64,000 nucleotides of DNA from Candidatus Heimdallarchaeota archaeon (GCA_046761065.1 JBHIFL010000012.1:1-64000), one strand, 5' to 3'. Shown: positions 27,397 through 40,363, counted from the first letter of the stretch. The notes: generated by a model not told the origin, from the sequence alone. Made by a program: numbers and translations.

Positions 27397-29037
27397 TTAC
27401 GCTATTTCATCAGCCATTGCTTCATGAGAAGTGGAGAGAATCGACCGGATCACGCCAATCCCACGAGTTCTCCCTTCCCGAAAAACGAAGCGATCGCCCT
27501 CTAAAAGAAACTCTGGTTGGAATAAGAACCGAAAAATGACTCGTGCACGATCACCTGTTCTCAAGGCGGGGTGGTCGGCCTTGAGGATTCGAGTAATTTT
27601 TGCTTGCTGTCGGATGGTCCGACAATGCACCATCGCTTCATAGCCTTGGCGAATCGTTGTCGCATGATATAATACCATCGTATCTGCAACGAACTCCCTT
27701 GTTACCGTCATAGTATAGTTTGGATCAAGCAAAACCATCCCCTTCCGAACCTCATCCCGGTCTACCCCACGTAAAGCGAATGTCGCCTCTTGACCAGCTG
27801 TTACTGTATTAACAAACACCCGTTTATAATGCATCGATTTCACTTTAACATCATAAAAATCCCCGTTTACATCCGGACCCAATTTTAATGGGCTCCCAAG
27901 CGAGTAGACACCTTGATTGATTGTAGCGGCAACAACAGTGCCAATTCCTGGTACAAGAAAGAGCTCATCAATATAGGCCAAGAATGGATGATCCACCTGT
28001 GATTCCCAACGTTTGTATGCAGGAATCAAGTTTAGGAATTGCGTTAACAGATCAATACCTTTTCCAGTCACATTACTGACTTTGAATATCGGAACAATCC
28101 GAGTAGTTCGCCCGATATTTTTAGCACTGACTGCCACATCGTCTGTATCTTTCACAAAAAAAGGGATGCGGGCCACACCTGGCATTTTTATGACTCGAAC
28201 AACCTCGTGTTTTGTGGTTTGGAAAATCGAGTTAGGAGCAATATCAACTTTGGTCAGAACAACGAAGATAGGGAGTTTCAAGGCGAAAGCAATGCCTAAG
28301 TGTTCCCGCGTCATCGGTTGAACACCGGCATTTGCGGCGACAGCCAACATGGCGTAATCCGGTTCATGACCCGTGAGCCCAAAAACGGTGGTTTTTAAAT
28401 ATCGCTCATGCCCTGCCAAGTCAACGATTGAAATAATTTTCGCGCTTCGCTCCAAGATTTCAGCGTGAGATGGCGGAATCAAACTATGATTGACTAATGC
28501 CCCCATTTCATCAAAGCCTAGCGTCCTTACCGCAACAGAGCTCGTTCGTCCACTCAAGAGTTCATGCTTGTGCCGAAAAACCCTAGTTCGAGCAGATCCG
28601 TTTCCATTATCAAGTTCTCCCCCAAGTAAGACCCCAATGAGAGTGGACTTCCCACTATCTACATTCCCAATACTTACTATCGTGATGTCGATTGGAAAGC
28701 CCTCTTCCTTGAGGCGACGGAGGAGGACTTCCGCCAATTTTCCATGTTTCGCCTTTCCTGTTCGGATCAGGGACATTTTTGCCCCTACATGTTCTGCAAT
28801 CTGTTCCAATACATGTAAGGAGTTCGTTAGTTCCCAATCCGGTAGGCCAACCGGTTCCCCCTCATCTGAGACTCCTAACTCGTAGAAGGCTTCCCCATCT
28901 CCTTCATTCAGCCGATAATTTAACTGGGTTGCTAATTCGACCAATCGGTCGTCGTTTGGGTGGATAAGTTTCAACTTATACTCAACATTGCCACGTGGAT
29001 TCTCTGGTCCGACAATGTTCTCAAATGGAGGCATCAC
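27397..29037 (-). CDS. GTPBP1/GTPBP2-family translational GTPase
   Basis: GNVEYKLKL N-domain, GNVDSGKST, GRTSS, DLAGHERY, TKVD, FREGRTRGIG. Confidence 0.92.
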   Translation of the reverse strand: MMPPFENIVGPENPRGNVEYKLKLIHPNDDRLVELATQLNYRLNEGDGEAFYELGVSDEGEPVGLPDWELTNSLHVLEQIAEHVGAKMSLIRTGKAKHGKLAEVLLRRLKEEGFPIDITIVSIGNVDSGKSTLIGVLLGGELDNGNGSARTRVFRHKHELLSGRTSSVAVRTLGFDEMGALVNHSLIPPSHAEILERSAKIISIVDLAGHERYLKTTVFGLTGHEPDYAMLAVAANAGVQPMTREHLGIAFALKLPIFVVLTKVDIAPNSIFQTTKHEVVRVIKMPGVARIPFFVKDTDDVAVSAKNIGRTTRIVPIFKVSNVTGKGIDLLTQFLNLIPAYKRWESQVDHPFLAYIDELFLVPGIGTVVAATINQGVYSLGSPLKLGPDVNGDFYDVKVKSMHYKRVFVNTVTAGQEATFALRGVDRDEVRKGMVLLDPNYTMTVTREFVADTMVLYHATTIRQGYEAMVHCRTIRQQAKITRILKADHPALRTGDRARVIFRFLFQPEFLLEGDRFVFREGRTRGIGVIRSILSTSHEAMADEIA

Positions 29038-29193
29038 AGCTCAACTTCAGTAGCCGAAATTACCCAAGAGAGAGAAAAATCTATCGGTATCTGTGAGGCT
29101 CCAAACGGATCCCATTCAGCATCTGTTGCGAGAATCCAGCATTGAATTTCTTCAAAAATAAAGGCTAAATAACACCTTTGGAATCCGTTCAAT

Positions 29194-29847
29194 ATGGTTT
29201 CGCTTGATGAGCTTATGGTGATTAGTTTTATTGTAGGGTTTTCAGGAGCGGCGAGTCCTGGTCCCCTGCTAGTTGTCGTAATACGCGATACATTGTCTGG
29301 AACATGGCGAGATGGCACAGCTGCGATACTAGCACATGGATTGCTCGAAGGAATCATCATAACCAGTATCGTGGCGGGCCTTTCTGCCGTGACAATAACT
29401 TCTCCACTTGCAAACGGAATCGCGACGATTGGAGGAAGTATTCTAATAGGCTTTGGGCTACTAACCTTGAAAGGAATTCGGGGAACTCAATCAGCATCAG
29501 ATCCTGTAAAAATACACCCACAAAATATCCTTCACTCCTTTAAGGATGGAGTGGTGGCAACTGTAAGCAATGGGTATTGGTATGTCTGGTGGTTCTCCGC
29601 GGGGTTAACGATTGTGACGCGCGCCCTCCCTTTCGGCATCGCAGGAATGTCCCTAACCGGATTTGCTCACTGGTTGTCTGATCTGACTTACTACTCCCTC
29701 ATCATCATCTTGCTGTCCTTGGGACGGGGTTTCTTTAAGCCTCAGACCTATAGCTTGCTTCTCATCGGGTGTAGTGGCTTTATGGCCGTATTCGGAGCAT
29801 TTTTCATATATCTCGGACTCGCAGGCCAAATGCCGGTGACCTTATGA
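29194..29847 (+). CDS. LysE-family translocator
   Basis: SGAASPGPL, NGYWYVWW, HWLSD; hydrophobic. Confidence 0.85.
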   Translation: MVSLDELMVISFIVGFSGAASPGPLLVVVIRDTLSGTWRDGTAAILAHGLLEGIIITSIVAGLSAVTITSPLANGIATIGGSILIGFGLLTLKGIRGTQSASDPVKIHPQNILHSFKDGVVATVSNGYWYVWWFSAGLTIVTRALPFGIAGMSLTGFAHWLSDLTYYSLIIILLSLGRGFFKPQTYSLLLIGCSGFMAVFGAFFIYLGLAGQMPVTL

Positions 29848-29939
29848 GCTTAATTAGCATTGCGCTGTTCATATGATCATAAACAAAAGGAAAATTTTGG
29901 TCACGTTGCCAAATCATAAATGGATGAAGAAGTCGAAGT

Positions 29940-30374
29940 GTGCATATTATTGTAAAAAAATTGGAGGCCTCAAAATTAGATCCATTAAGTATAGGACTAC
30001 TCGCAACCCTTATTGGAATGGGATTCACCTTCTTGGTGCTTGCATTAATTTCATTTAGCATTGACCTCTTAAAACTCTTTTTTGGAAATGAAAAATCACC
30101 TCAAGAGGCAAAGAAAATGGCAGCGAAGGCAGACCGCAGTAAGGTTGCAATCATCTCAGCTGCTATTTCAGCTTATATGAGTTCAAAATCTGACAGGTTT
30201 ATAATTAAGAAAATTGTACCGGAGGCGGTCGGAGACCTGATACAAGACGAGAAAAGACAACTCTCCCTCCTGGCTCGCAAACCTTCACTACAAGGTGTTC
30301 AAGTACCAGTTTCGCCGTGGGTTTTAGCTGGACGTAGGGAGTTGATGAAAACAATAAGGCGACGAACACGCTAA
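29940..30374 (+). CDS. Na+-translocating decarboxylase membrane anchor subunit (OadG/MmdD-like)
   Basis: GMGFTFLVL TM, VAIISAAISAY, SPWVLAGR; lies upstream of the beta subunit. Confidence 0.75.
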   Translation: MHIIVKKLEASKLDPLSIGLLATLIGMGFTFLVLALISFSIDLLKLFFGNEKSPQEAKKMAAKADRSKVAIISAAISAYMSSKSDRFIIKKIVPEAVGDLIQDEKRQLSLLARKPSLQGVQVPVSPWVLAGRRELMKTIRRRTR

Positions 30375-30624
30375 AATGATTGATCTAACGGATAACTTTT
30401 ACGACTGTTCTAGAGGCTGGGTGTCAAAAATCTTCGAAACTGCATTGAAAAAGCTGGTAACCGTAGCATTGGAAAAAGCTATAGGACGCGGAGGGAAAGA
30501 TTGTCAATTTATTATTTATACTTAGAAAGATTGTTTATCACTCGCGTTCGCGCATAATTATTAATGTATAAAAGCCCCTTAGGATGTCCTATGCAAAAAA
30601 TTGAGTAGCCGTGGTGAAAATGTC

Positions 30625-31839
30625 ATGAGTTTTTTAGAATTCTTATTGAACTGGTTTAAATCAACAGGTATTGCAAATATGACACCAGGCCAAGTCATTA
30701 TGATATTTATAGGACTTGGTTTGATCTATCTTGCCATAACGAAGAAATATGAGCCCCTTTTGCTCCTTCCAATTGGGTTCGGATGTATATTAGTAAACCT
30801 TCCACTTACCGGTTTAATGGATCCTGGAGAAGGTATAATTTGGTTTATTTATCGATACGGTGTTCTGACAGAAGCTTTTCCGGTTCTTTTGTTCATAGGA
30901 ATTGGAGCGATGACAGATTTTGGACCGCTTCTCGAGCGTCCCCGTCTACTCCTTTTTGGTGCCGCAGGGCAATTTGGCATATTTTTCACCTTGATTGCCG
31001 CACTTCAATTCTGGGTACCCAGCATTATCCCTCTAGATCTGACATACGAAGAAGCTTTGTTACGTGAAGCGGGTTCAATTGCGATCATTGGCGCGGCTGA
31101 CGGTCCATCTGCCATCTATGTGACCACACAATTCGCCCCACATATGTTAGGGCCAATTACGGTGGCGGCTTACTCCTATATGGCACTCGTTCCGATTATT
31201 CAACCCCCCATTATCCGGGCACTGACGACAAAAAACCAGCGTCGAACGCGAATGCCATCCGAATCGGAAAAGATCTCCAAACCCATCCGAACCCTCTTTC
31301 CAATCGTGGTTGTGCTCATTACTTGTCTTATCGCGCCGTTAGCAGCCCCCTTAATGGGCTCATTGATGCTGGGAAACCTAATGCGGGAAAGTGGAGTTGT
31401 CAAACGTTTATCTAAATCCGCCCAGAATGAACTGAATAACATTATCACGCTCCTATTAGGCATTACAATTGGTGCCACTATGTCAGCTCAAGATATCTAT
31501 TCTCCGTCGAAAGAACTCCTTGTCCGCTCATTCCTCCATCCGGATACCTTAATGATCTTTGGTCTTGGATTGGTTGCCTTTATTATGGCAACAGCAGGTG
31601 GGATTTTGCTAGGACAATTGTGGTATGTCTTCTCGAAAAGTAAAATCAATCCCATGATTGGAGCATGCGGGATCAGTGCTTTCCCAATGAGCGCGCGTGT
31701 TGTTCACCATCTCGGGCGAAAAGAAGATCCTGATAACTTTCTAATATTTCAAGCTATGGCAGCCAATACTGGAGGACAAATCGGTTCAGTCACTGCGACA
31801 GGCATTCTCCTTCTGCTTGTTCCATTGTTTGGGGGATGA
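30625..31839 (+). CDS. oadB: Na+-translocating decarboxylase beta subunit (OadB/MmdB)
   Basis: YEPLLLLPIGFG, GAADGP, AAYSYMALVPIIQPP, GISAFPMSAR. Confidence 0.92.
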   Translation: MSFLEFLLNWFKSTGIANMTPGQVIMIFIGLGLIYLAITKKYEPLLLLPIGFGCILVNLPLTGLMDPGEGIIWFIYRYGVLTEAFPVLLFIGIGAMTDFGPLLERPRLLLFGAAGQFGIFFTLIAALQFWVPSIIPLDLTYEEALLREAGSIAIIGAADGPSAIYVTTQFAPHMLGPITVAAYSYMALVPIIQPPIIRALTTKNQRRTRMPSESEKISKPIRTLFPIVVVLITCLIAPLAAPLMGSLMLGNLMRESGVVKRLSKSAQNELNNIITLLLGITIGATMSAQDIYSPSKELLVRSFLHPDTLMIFGLGLVAFIMATAGGILLGQLWYVFSKSKINPMIGACGISAFPMSARVVHHLGRKEDPDNFLIFQAMAANTGGQIGSVTATGILLLLVPLFGG

Positions 31840-32457
31840 TCTAGAAATGGAATCACAAGATTCTTTATTTATCGTAGAAAGGTAGATCATGAAAATCAAG
31901 ATCGTTCTTTTTTGTTCACCATAAATCCCTCATAAGCAATCAGATGTTTTACTCCTAGCATGATTAATCGAATTGTCGTACTCATAACCGCATTAAAAGA
32001 TCTGTAATATAATGAAACGCTTTTAGTTTGGATTTTGAAGTGTTTAATATGGCAAACAAACAAAACCAATCCAATCTACCATTGAATCACTTACTGAACT
32101 ACCCCTGCCCAGTTCCTGGGCAGTACCTGCTTGGAACTAGGATTCAATACGTTCTTACTCACAAACATTACCCGCTATGTCTATGAGATCGTGATTCAAG
32201 TGAGCGGCGTTCCTAACATTGTCGTCACCTATGAGAACATCCAAATCTTACTAGCGATAGCAATCCTAGGTAATCTGATATCTATCTTCAGAAACACCTA
32301 CAGGGTGGCGAGTTGTCCCAAAGTGTTACCCGCCTGAACATCCACTCCTCTTTTTTATTCAAAATCCGCACTTTTGTAAAAAACTTAGATCTGCTTGTTT
32401 GGTGCACCATAATTTACGTAAAAAAAGAGGCCAAAATTTCATTTAAATTCGAAAGAC

Positions 32458-33717
32458 CTATTGGATGAGTTCTACACGTTTTAGGCGTCTTTTACAGACC
32501 GGACATTTCCCATTGATTTTGATCCATTCAGCAAAATGAGCATAATGGGCGGCCGCATAACAATAGGGGCAACGGACCACCTTATCCGTGCTTTTAAAAG
32601 TCCTTCGGCAAACGATGCATTGATGTACTTTTTCTTCTTCGATAGGAGAGGGTTTAATTACAGGTTTTTCCTTCAAGACACGTGCTTTCTCACGGAAGCG
32701 TGCGGCCAACTTTTGATTAGGAGTTTGTTTTGCAGCTTCAGCATATAAAGAAGATGCCTGTTCATGCGCTCCTGACTTCTCATGAGCTAAAGCGGCCTCT
32801 GCTAGAAGAGACTCGGGGAGTGTTGAAATTTTAGTGAGGGATTTTAGAGCCTGCGCATAAAGGTCAGCCGCCTCTTTATAGTTGCCATTTTTTAAGTGCT
32901 GACGAGCTTCAACGAGCTGTGAAGTGGCGGTCAGAGCTTTTTCAGCTTCTTTTTGTTCTTGGGCTAGTTGCAATTCCTTAGTGAGTTCATATGCTCGCTT
33001 GAAGTGATGTAATGCCTTTTCGAGTTGGTTATTATGTAACATCTGCTGTGCAACATTAATACTCAGAGTGATGGCTTTAGATTCCTTTCCAGCCCTTGCA
33101 TAAGCTTCGATAGCTCCTTCGATGTGTTCACTCTTCTCATATTCTTCAGCAGCAAATACGAGAACTGCATCAGCTTCTTCCCGGGCCCCTAGGAACTCCA
33201 AAATTTCAGCCGTTTCAAGATACTTCTCATTCTGAAAGGCAAACCTTGCCAAGTTTCTTAATTCTTCCTCGACCCCGAGATTAGGATGGGCCTGCGTAAA
33301 CCCGATGACAAGCCGCAGACCTTTTTTAACTAAGCCTGATCCAGCGAGAACAAAGTATCTAGCGGCTCGCAGCGGAGCTCCTGCCAGTTCGAAGGCAGCG
33401 GCTGCTTTCACGAAGTTTTTGGTGGTTGCATATTCATCTCCTAGTTTAGTGAAAAGGGACTTCTTCTTGGATGGCGAGAGAACTTTGGAAATATTCTGGA
33501 GGATGTCAGATCTCTCAATTTCCGGAAGCGCCAACGCGATTTGGGCCGCTTGGATATATTTTTTTGCTTTAATGAAAAGATCTGCTGCTTGGCGCATTCT
33601 TCCCTCATTTTGGGCGCGTTCAGCACGTCTGATTGTTTTAGAGGTTTTAGTCTGATAATTGAGCATAAGAAAGAAAAGGAAAAGAATGAAAAAGAAGAGC
33701 ATGAGGCCATCAGGCAA
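32458..33717 (-). CDS. membrane-anchored alpha-solenoid protein with C-terminal RING-like finger
   Basis: N-terminal TM, Ala-rich TPR/SNAP-like repeats, C-x2-C-x12-C-x2-C-x4-H-x2-H-x10-C-x2-C. Confidence 0.75.
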   Translation of the reverse strand: MPDGLMLFFFILFLFFLMLNYQTKTSKTIRRAERAQNEGRMRQAADLFIKAKKYIQAAQIALALPEIERSDILQNISKVLSPSKKKSLFTKLGDEYATTKNFVKAAAAFELAGAPLRAARYFVLAGSGLVKKGLRLVIGFTQAHPNLGVEEELRNLARFAFQNEKYLETAEILEFLGAREEADAVLVFAAEEYEKSEHIEGAIEAYARAGKESKAITLSINVAQQMLHNNQLEKALHHFKRAYELTKELQLAQEQKEAEKALTATSQLVEARQHLKNGNYKEAADLYAQALKSLTKISTLPESLLAEAALAHEKSGAHEQASSLYAEAAKQTPNQKLAARFREKARVLKEKPVIKPSPIEEEKVHQCIVCRRTFKSTDKVVRCPYCYAAAHYAHFAEWIKINGKCPVCKRRLKRVELIQ

Positions 33718-33846
33718 TGTATTCCACCTTTAACGATTCCAGAAGGCATGTAGCGATAATGTATTGTCAAGAAAGGAAAATCATTTTGAGACAATTAATT
33801 TTATTGAAGGACTACACAGATCATAACTGAATCCCAGTAAAAGTGA

Positions 33847-35577
33847 CTAATTCTTTTCAGTCATGTTAATAACAATCTCTTCCTTATCTATTTTGTCAAT
33901 TCGCCCAAATCCGATTCGTTCCAATTGGATTATATCCCCAATCTGGGCGTTTCGAAGGTTCAATTCTGCCAACCCCCTTTTGGCAATTAAGGAATTTGGA
34001 TTCGGGGTGTTATTTTCCAACAAAAGGACATCAGGATATTTCAGAATTGTAGGAATAGAATTTTCAGTCACCCATTGGATTTTCGGAATACCAGGGGTTC
34101 TTTGCCTACAATACTCAGCCCATACATTAGTATTATCTCTCTTGAGGATATTTATGTCATAAAGGTCTTTGAGACGGATCTTTGTTCCGGGGTTTAGTTT
34201 TATGGCATCCTCCCGTGAAATATAGAACTGACCTGTAGTTGTGATTTTTCTAATTCCTAGTTCTGGACGAGTCGGATGATATTGTAATGTTACGTTTAAA
34301 GGGGGGGCGGCGTTCACTTGAAGAGTGAAGGGATTTATGACCAGAAAGAAGCGTTTAGCAATTGGGTCAATGATCTTTCGATTGATTGCAAGAACAATGC
34401 TCCAGTCAAGTTCAGGTTGGCCTGTTGTTAACCCGATTTCACAAACCAACTGTTTGATAGTGTCAGGAACGATCCCCCGCCGTATCAGACCAGCCAAGGT
34501 ACTTAGTCGAATATCATCCCAACCGCTGACAAACCCAGTATTGATGAGATCTCGAATAACTCGACGTTGTACTGGAGTTCCTCTTATCTTAAACCGTGAA
34601 TAATGAATAAACTGAGGCGATGGTAATCCCAACTTTTCGCGGATGAAGTTCTGTAGAGGGATTTTGGGGACAAATTCTTCTGAGCGAAGCACATGGGTGA
34701 TTCCCTCAAGGGCATCTTCAATACTCACCGCATAATCATAAAGTGGCCACACCCGATACGCATCACCCTGGATCGGGTGGGGGTGGTCTACGATCCGCAT
34801 GATAGTTGGATCTCTTAATGCAGATTCTTCTGCAGTGAGATCCCCTCTTAAGCGGATTACAGCCTCACCTTCCTGATAGGAGTGTAACATTTTTTCCCAT
34901 TCTTCTAAATTTTGTTCAACTGATGCGTTATGATGAGGACAGGGTTGACCACTTCGTCTACATTGCTGAACAAACCTTTGAGTACACTTACAGACATACG
35001 CATTGCCCTGTTTGAGTAGCTGTTTAGTAAATTCATAGTATTGAGGAATACGATCGGATTCTAGTATTTCCTCGTCCCAATCAAGCTTTAAGAGGCGTAA
35101 CCCTTCTCGAATAACCTCATAGAATCGTTCCTCTACTTTCCGTGGATTTGAATCTTCAAAACGGAGGATAAAGCGACCTTCGTATTTTCGGGCATAGTAC
35201 CAATTAATGTACATGGAATACCCATGGCCAATATGAAGATAGCCACTCGGTTCTGGGGGAAACCGTGTGACGACTTGCCCCTCCTTTGCTCCTTTTAGTG
35301 GGGGGAGACACTCTTTTTTATGTCTTTCTACAAGTTTGATGGGTTCTTCGGAAGCGAGTTCAGCCCAAAGGGTCTCCTGTAACTTTTTAGACATTGAATT
35401 TACATGTTGAACTTGGAGCTTGACGTGTTCAAGAATGATTTTAGCTTTTGTTCTCCACTCCGGCTTTTCAGCCATGATATGCTTCATGACGGCGCCGATA
35501 TCGGCTCGACCATTATGCATCACGGCATTGGCAAGAGTCACTTTCTTGATAATCAGATCGAACTCGGACATCATCAT
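33847..35577 (-). CDS. gltX: glutamate--tRNA ligase (archaeal type)
   Basis: TRFPPEPSGYLHIGH, RFEDSNP, ITHVLR, GWDDIRL, QLERIGF. Confidence 0.95.
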   Translation of the reverse strand: MMMSEFDLIIKKVTLANAVMHNGRADIGAVMKHIMAEKPEWRTKAKIILEHVKLQVQHVNSMSKKLQETLWAELASEEPIKLVERHKKECLPPLKGAKEGQVVTRFPPEPSGYLHIGHGYSMYINWYYARKYEGRFILRFEDSNPRKVEERFYEVIREGLRLLKLDWDEEILESDRIPQYYEFTKQLLKQGNAYVCKCTQRFVQQCRRSGQPCPHHNASVEQNLEEWEKMLHSYQEGEAVIRLRGDLTAEESALRDPTIMRIVDHPHPIQGDAYRVWPLYDYAVSIEDALEGITHVLRSEEFVPKIPLQNFIREKLGLPSPQFIHYSRFKIRGTPVQRRVIRDLINTGFVSGWDDIRLSTLAGLIRRGIVPDTIKQLVCEIGLTTGQPELDWSIVLAINRKIIDPIAKRFFLVINPFTLQVNAAPPLNVTLQYHPTRPELGIRKITTTGQFYISREDAIKLNPGTKIRLKDLYDINILKRDNTNVWAEYCRQRTPGIPKIQWVTENSIPTILKYPDVLLLENNTPNPNSLIAKRGLAELNLRNAQIGDIIQLERIGFGRIDKIDKEEIVINMTEKN

Positions 35578-35761
35578 TCCAGTGGTCTTTCTTTATATGT
35601 ATAAGTTTGGTTGCTCTCAAGCAGAACTGGTTTAAAAACAAAGATGTTTGTTAATAAATTAAATATTACAAATGAATTTCATCAATTCTAACAAGGATTC
35701 CTAGTAATACAGTCTCATTTGTTCATAAAACGTAAATCGAAAATCTATTAAGATTAAAAGA

Positions 35762-36028
35762 TTAAAAAAAAAATTCGTCAAGGGTTGTCTCTCGAAAAGT
35801 TTGTTTCTTGTGTTGTTGATTGGTCATAAATGCATGATGTTTTGCAATCATGAGGATTGCACAAATTTTATCAGATTTACAACTTCCCTGTTCAATATAC
35901 GTTCGTTTTTCGTAGTCATAAAAAAGCACTCCCTGTTGCCTAGGGCAACAGCAGATCTCCATTTCTCCTCCCTGGAATCTCTTTGTTGATTCGAGTCTAG
36001 AAGCAATTAGTTCTGACCAGCTAACCAA
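35762..36028 (-). CDS. small Cys-containing hypothetical protein with PIP-box-like tail
   Basis: 88-aa ORF ending ETTLDEFFF. Confidence 0.45.
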   Translation of the reverse strand: MVSWSELIASRLESTKRFQGGEMEICCCPRQQGVLFYDYEKRTYIEQGSCKSDKICAILMIAKHHAFMTNQQHKKQTFRETTLDEFFF

Positions 36029-36244
36029 AATCAGCCCTCTTTAAATAATGTCGCCTTATTAATATATTATAGATTCCCTTTTTAAATATATAATGTGCAT
36101 CCAGTATCACGAGATCGTAGAAATTAAAGGCTTATCGAAATGCACAATTCCTCTTGATTTAAGTGTTGGTGCATTATAAAACTGATGGGACGATTGTAAG
36201 TCGCTTCAACTCAGTGGTAATTGCTTTGAAGTACTCATCTCAGC

Positions 36245-36907
36245 TTATTTTCCCCTCATGTTGTTCCATGACCATACTACCAGTTCCTTAAGGAAAGTAA
36301 TGGTTGGGATATTCCCTAACTCCTGAAATTCTTGCTTGGAAAAGAGCCCCACTTTCCCAATGAATGCCACATGATTATATTGTGCGCGTTTTGCGTCATT
36401 CAAGGAGTCTCCAACATAAACTAGATCGGAATATGTTAAACCATATTTCTTAACAACGTAATCAAAATGATCTTTCCCCTTTTCAAAGTCAAGTCGATAG
36501 CCCAAGATACAGTCAACGATGAGTTTATTCTCTTGGCAGTACTGTTCAACTAAGGGTTGGAGGGTACTACTCGAAACACACACAAGGAATTTTTGGCGTA
36601 GCTGCTCAATGGTTTCAACAGCATCAGCAAAAAGGGGTTGATCAAAAAACCGATTTTTTTTCTCTTCCTCAAATTTCGCAGCGATTTCATTATTTAACGG
36701 ATCGTTCGGGAACAATATCTCTAATTGCTGCCAAAACGGTAACCCAGTTGTTCGAATATACCCTTTTCGAGCTGACTCACGGTCTTTCCTGTAGTTTTTT
36801 GTTATTAATTTTACTGCAATTTCCTCTAATAAGGGCATCGTGTCAGCAACAGTACCATCAAAATCGAGGATGACTACTTTGGAGGGCTGTTTACCATGTC
36901 TACTCAT
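36245..36907 (-). CDS. HAD-superfamily hydrolase
   Basis: DFDGTVAD, K, YVGDSLND. Confidence 0.9.
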   Translation of the reverse strand: MSRHGKQPSKVVILDFDGTVADTMPLLEEIAVKLITKNYRKDRESARKGYIRTTGLPFWQQLEILFPNDPLNNEIAAKFEEEKKNRFFDQPLFADAVETIEQLRQKFLVCVSSSTLQPLVEQYCQENKLIVDCILGYRLDFEKGKDHFDYVVKKYGLTYSDLVYVGDSLNDAKRAQYNHVAFIGKVGLFSKQEFQELGNIPTITFLKELVVWSWNNMRGK

Positions 36908-36919
36908 CTCTAGTCCCTC

Positions 36920-37513
36920 CTAGTGGTCAGTGTGTTGATAGGTATAGCGTAATCTCAATAAAACCGCAAGTTGAGAAAGGATTGTGATGAAGAGAACTGC
37001 GATAGTTAAGGCATCAGTGTACCAATAGGTCAAGATGGCACCGAGGGCTAATATGACTAGTTTTTCTTTTCGTTCAATGCCGATTCCTGCACAAGATTCA
37101 AGGCCCCCAACACTTTCGGCTTTAGCTCTCACAAAGCTTGCCATAATCATGCTGAAAAATGCAATATAGATCAGAGGAAAAGGCACATAGCCACCAAGAC
37201 CGAATCCTAACAAGAAAAGGAACTCGACATAACGATCAAGGGTGTGATCTAGTACTGCCCCAAAATGAGTTAGTTGTCCTGTTGCACGTGCCACACTTCC
37301 ATCCAACATATCTATTATACTGGCTAAAATAAGAAAGACAATGCCATAGATGAGCTGGCTTCTCCAAAAGAAATAGGTAGAAACGCCTGCGGTTACAAGG
37401 CTTAGGACAGAGAGCGCATTGGCTGTTATACCTGTCTTAGCTAATAATCGACCAACAGGTAGTAACGCCTGCTCATATTTTGTTCGAACACGTGAGTTGC
37501 GGTTCTCGTCCAT
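36920..37513 (-). CDS. CDP-alcohol phosphatidyltransferase (archaetidylinositol-phosphate synthase-like)
   Basis: DMLDGSVAR...FGAVLDHTLDR; SFVRAKAE. Confidence 0.9.
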   Translation of the reverse strand: MDENRNSRVRTKYEQALLPVGRLLAKTGITANALSVLSLVTAGVSTYFFWRSQLIYGIVFLILASIIDMLDGSVARATGQLTHFGAVLDHTLDRYVEFLFLLGFGLGGYVPFPLIYIAFFSMIMASFVRAKAESVGGLESCAGIGIERKEKLVILALGAILTYWYTDALTIAVLFITILSQLAVLLRLRYTYQHTDH

Positions 37514-37612
37514 GATTCCACCCGCATCCCAATCAAGATCTTTTTCCCCCTTAAAACATTTTCTGCAACGAAAGAGAAAAGGAGGTTTTCTTTGATGTTC
37601 CGGGTTGCCTCG

Positions 37613-38110
37613 TTATTTTATTTCTTCCAATAACATTTTTTTCAATGACTCAAGGACATTGACTGTTGTTTTAATTTCCTTAGTAGGTTTTGTTTGGTTT
37701 AAAAACTCTAAAATCTTTTTAATAGCTTTATTTAGTTCCATGGTCTCCATTTGGGATGAGGTATGTCTTTGGAAGGCCTTAGTTCGCTTCTTTTGCTCCT
37801 CGATGCCTTGCGTCAACTTTAGAGAAAAAGTATGGGGGCCAATGATAACATTGGCTCGCATTGCGTTTTTTATGGCATAATATTTTCGGGGAGGACCTCC
37901 AAGGCTCGCTCGTTCATAGCTATGCACAAATCCTTGTTGTTCAAGTTTTTTAAGATGCCGCATTATCGCTTGAGCCTGAACATTTAGCATGTCAATCATT
38001 TGAGTAATGTATAATGGTTCTTTTGATAATGATTCCAGAATTCTACGACGTGTTTTGTTCCCTAGTAAATCCATTAATTCTTCAATCATATGCTCTGAAT
38101 CAGACATCAT
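37613..38110 (-). CDS. ArsR-like heat-shock regulator (Phr/HSR1-like)
   Basis: LGNKTRRRIL...HLKKLE...GPPRKYY; same orientation, downstream of hsp20-cdc48. Confidence 0.8.
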   Translation of the reverse strand: MMSDSEHMIEELMDLLGNKTRRRILESLSKEPLYITQMIDMLNVQAQAIMRHLKKLEQQGFVHSYERASLGGPPRKYYAIKNAMRANVIIGPHTFSLKLTQGIEEQKKRTKAFQRHTSSQMETMELNKAIKKILEFLNQTKPTKEIKTTVNVLESLKKMLLEEIK

Positions 38111-38143
38111 TCTTTCCTTCTAAGAATATAGTATATCTCTGAT

Positions 38144-40363
<2,220 letters not shown>

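Noticed and set aside
32093-32337. IS-end-like hairpin (CTGCCCAG/CTGGGCAG) and a 68-aa hydrophobic ORF
   Set aside because: It is a single hairpin with no transposase or second end; the ORF may be a gene fragment but cannot be assigned.
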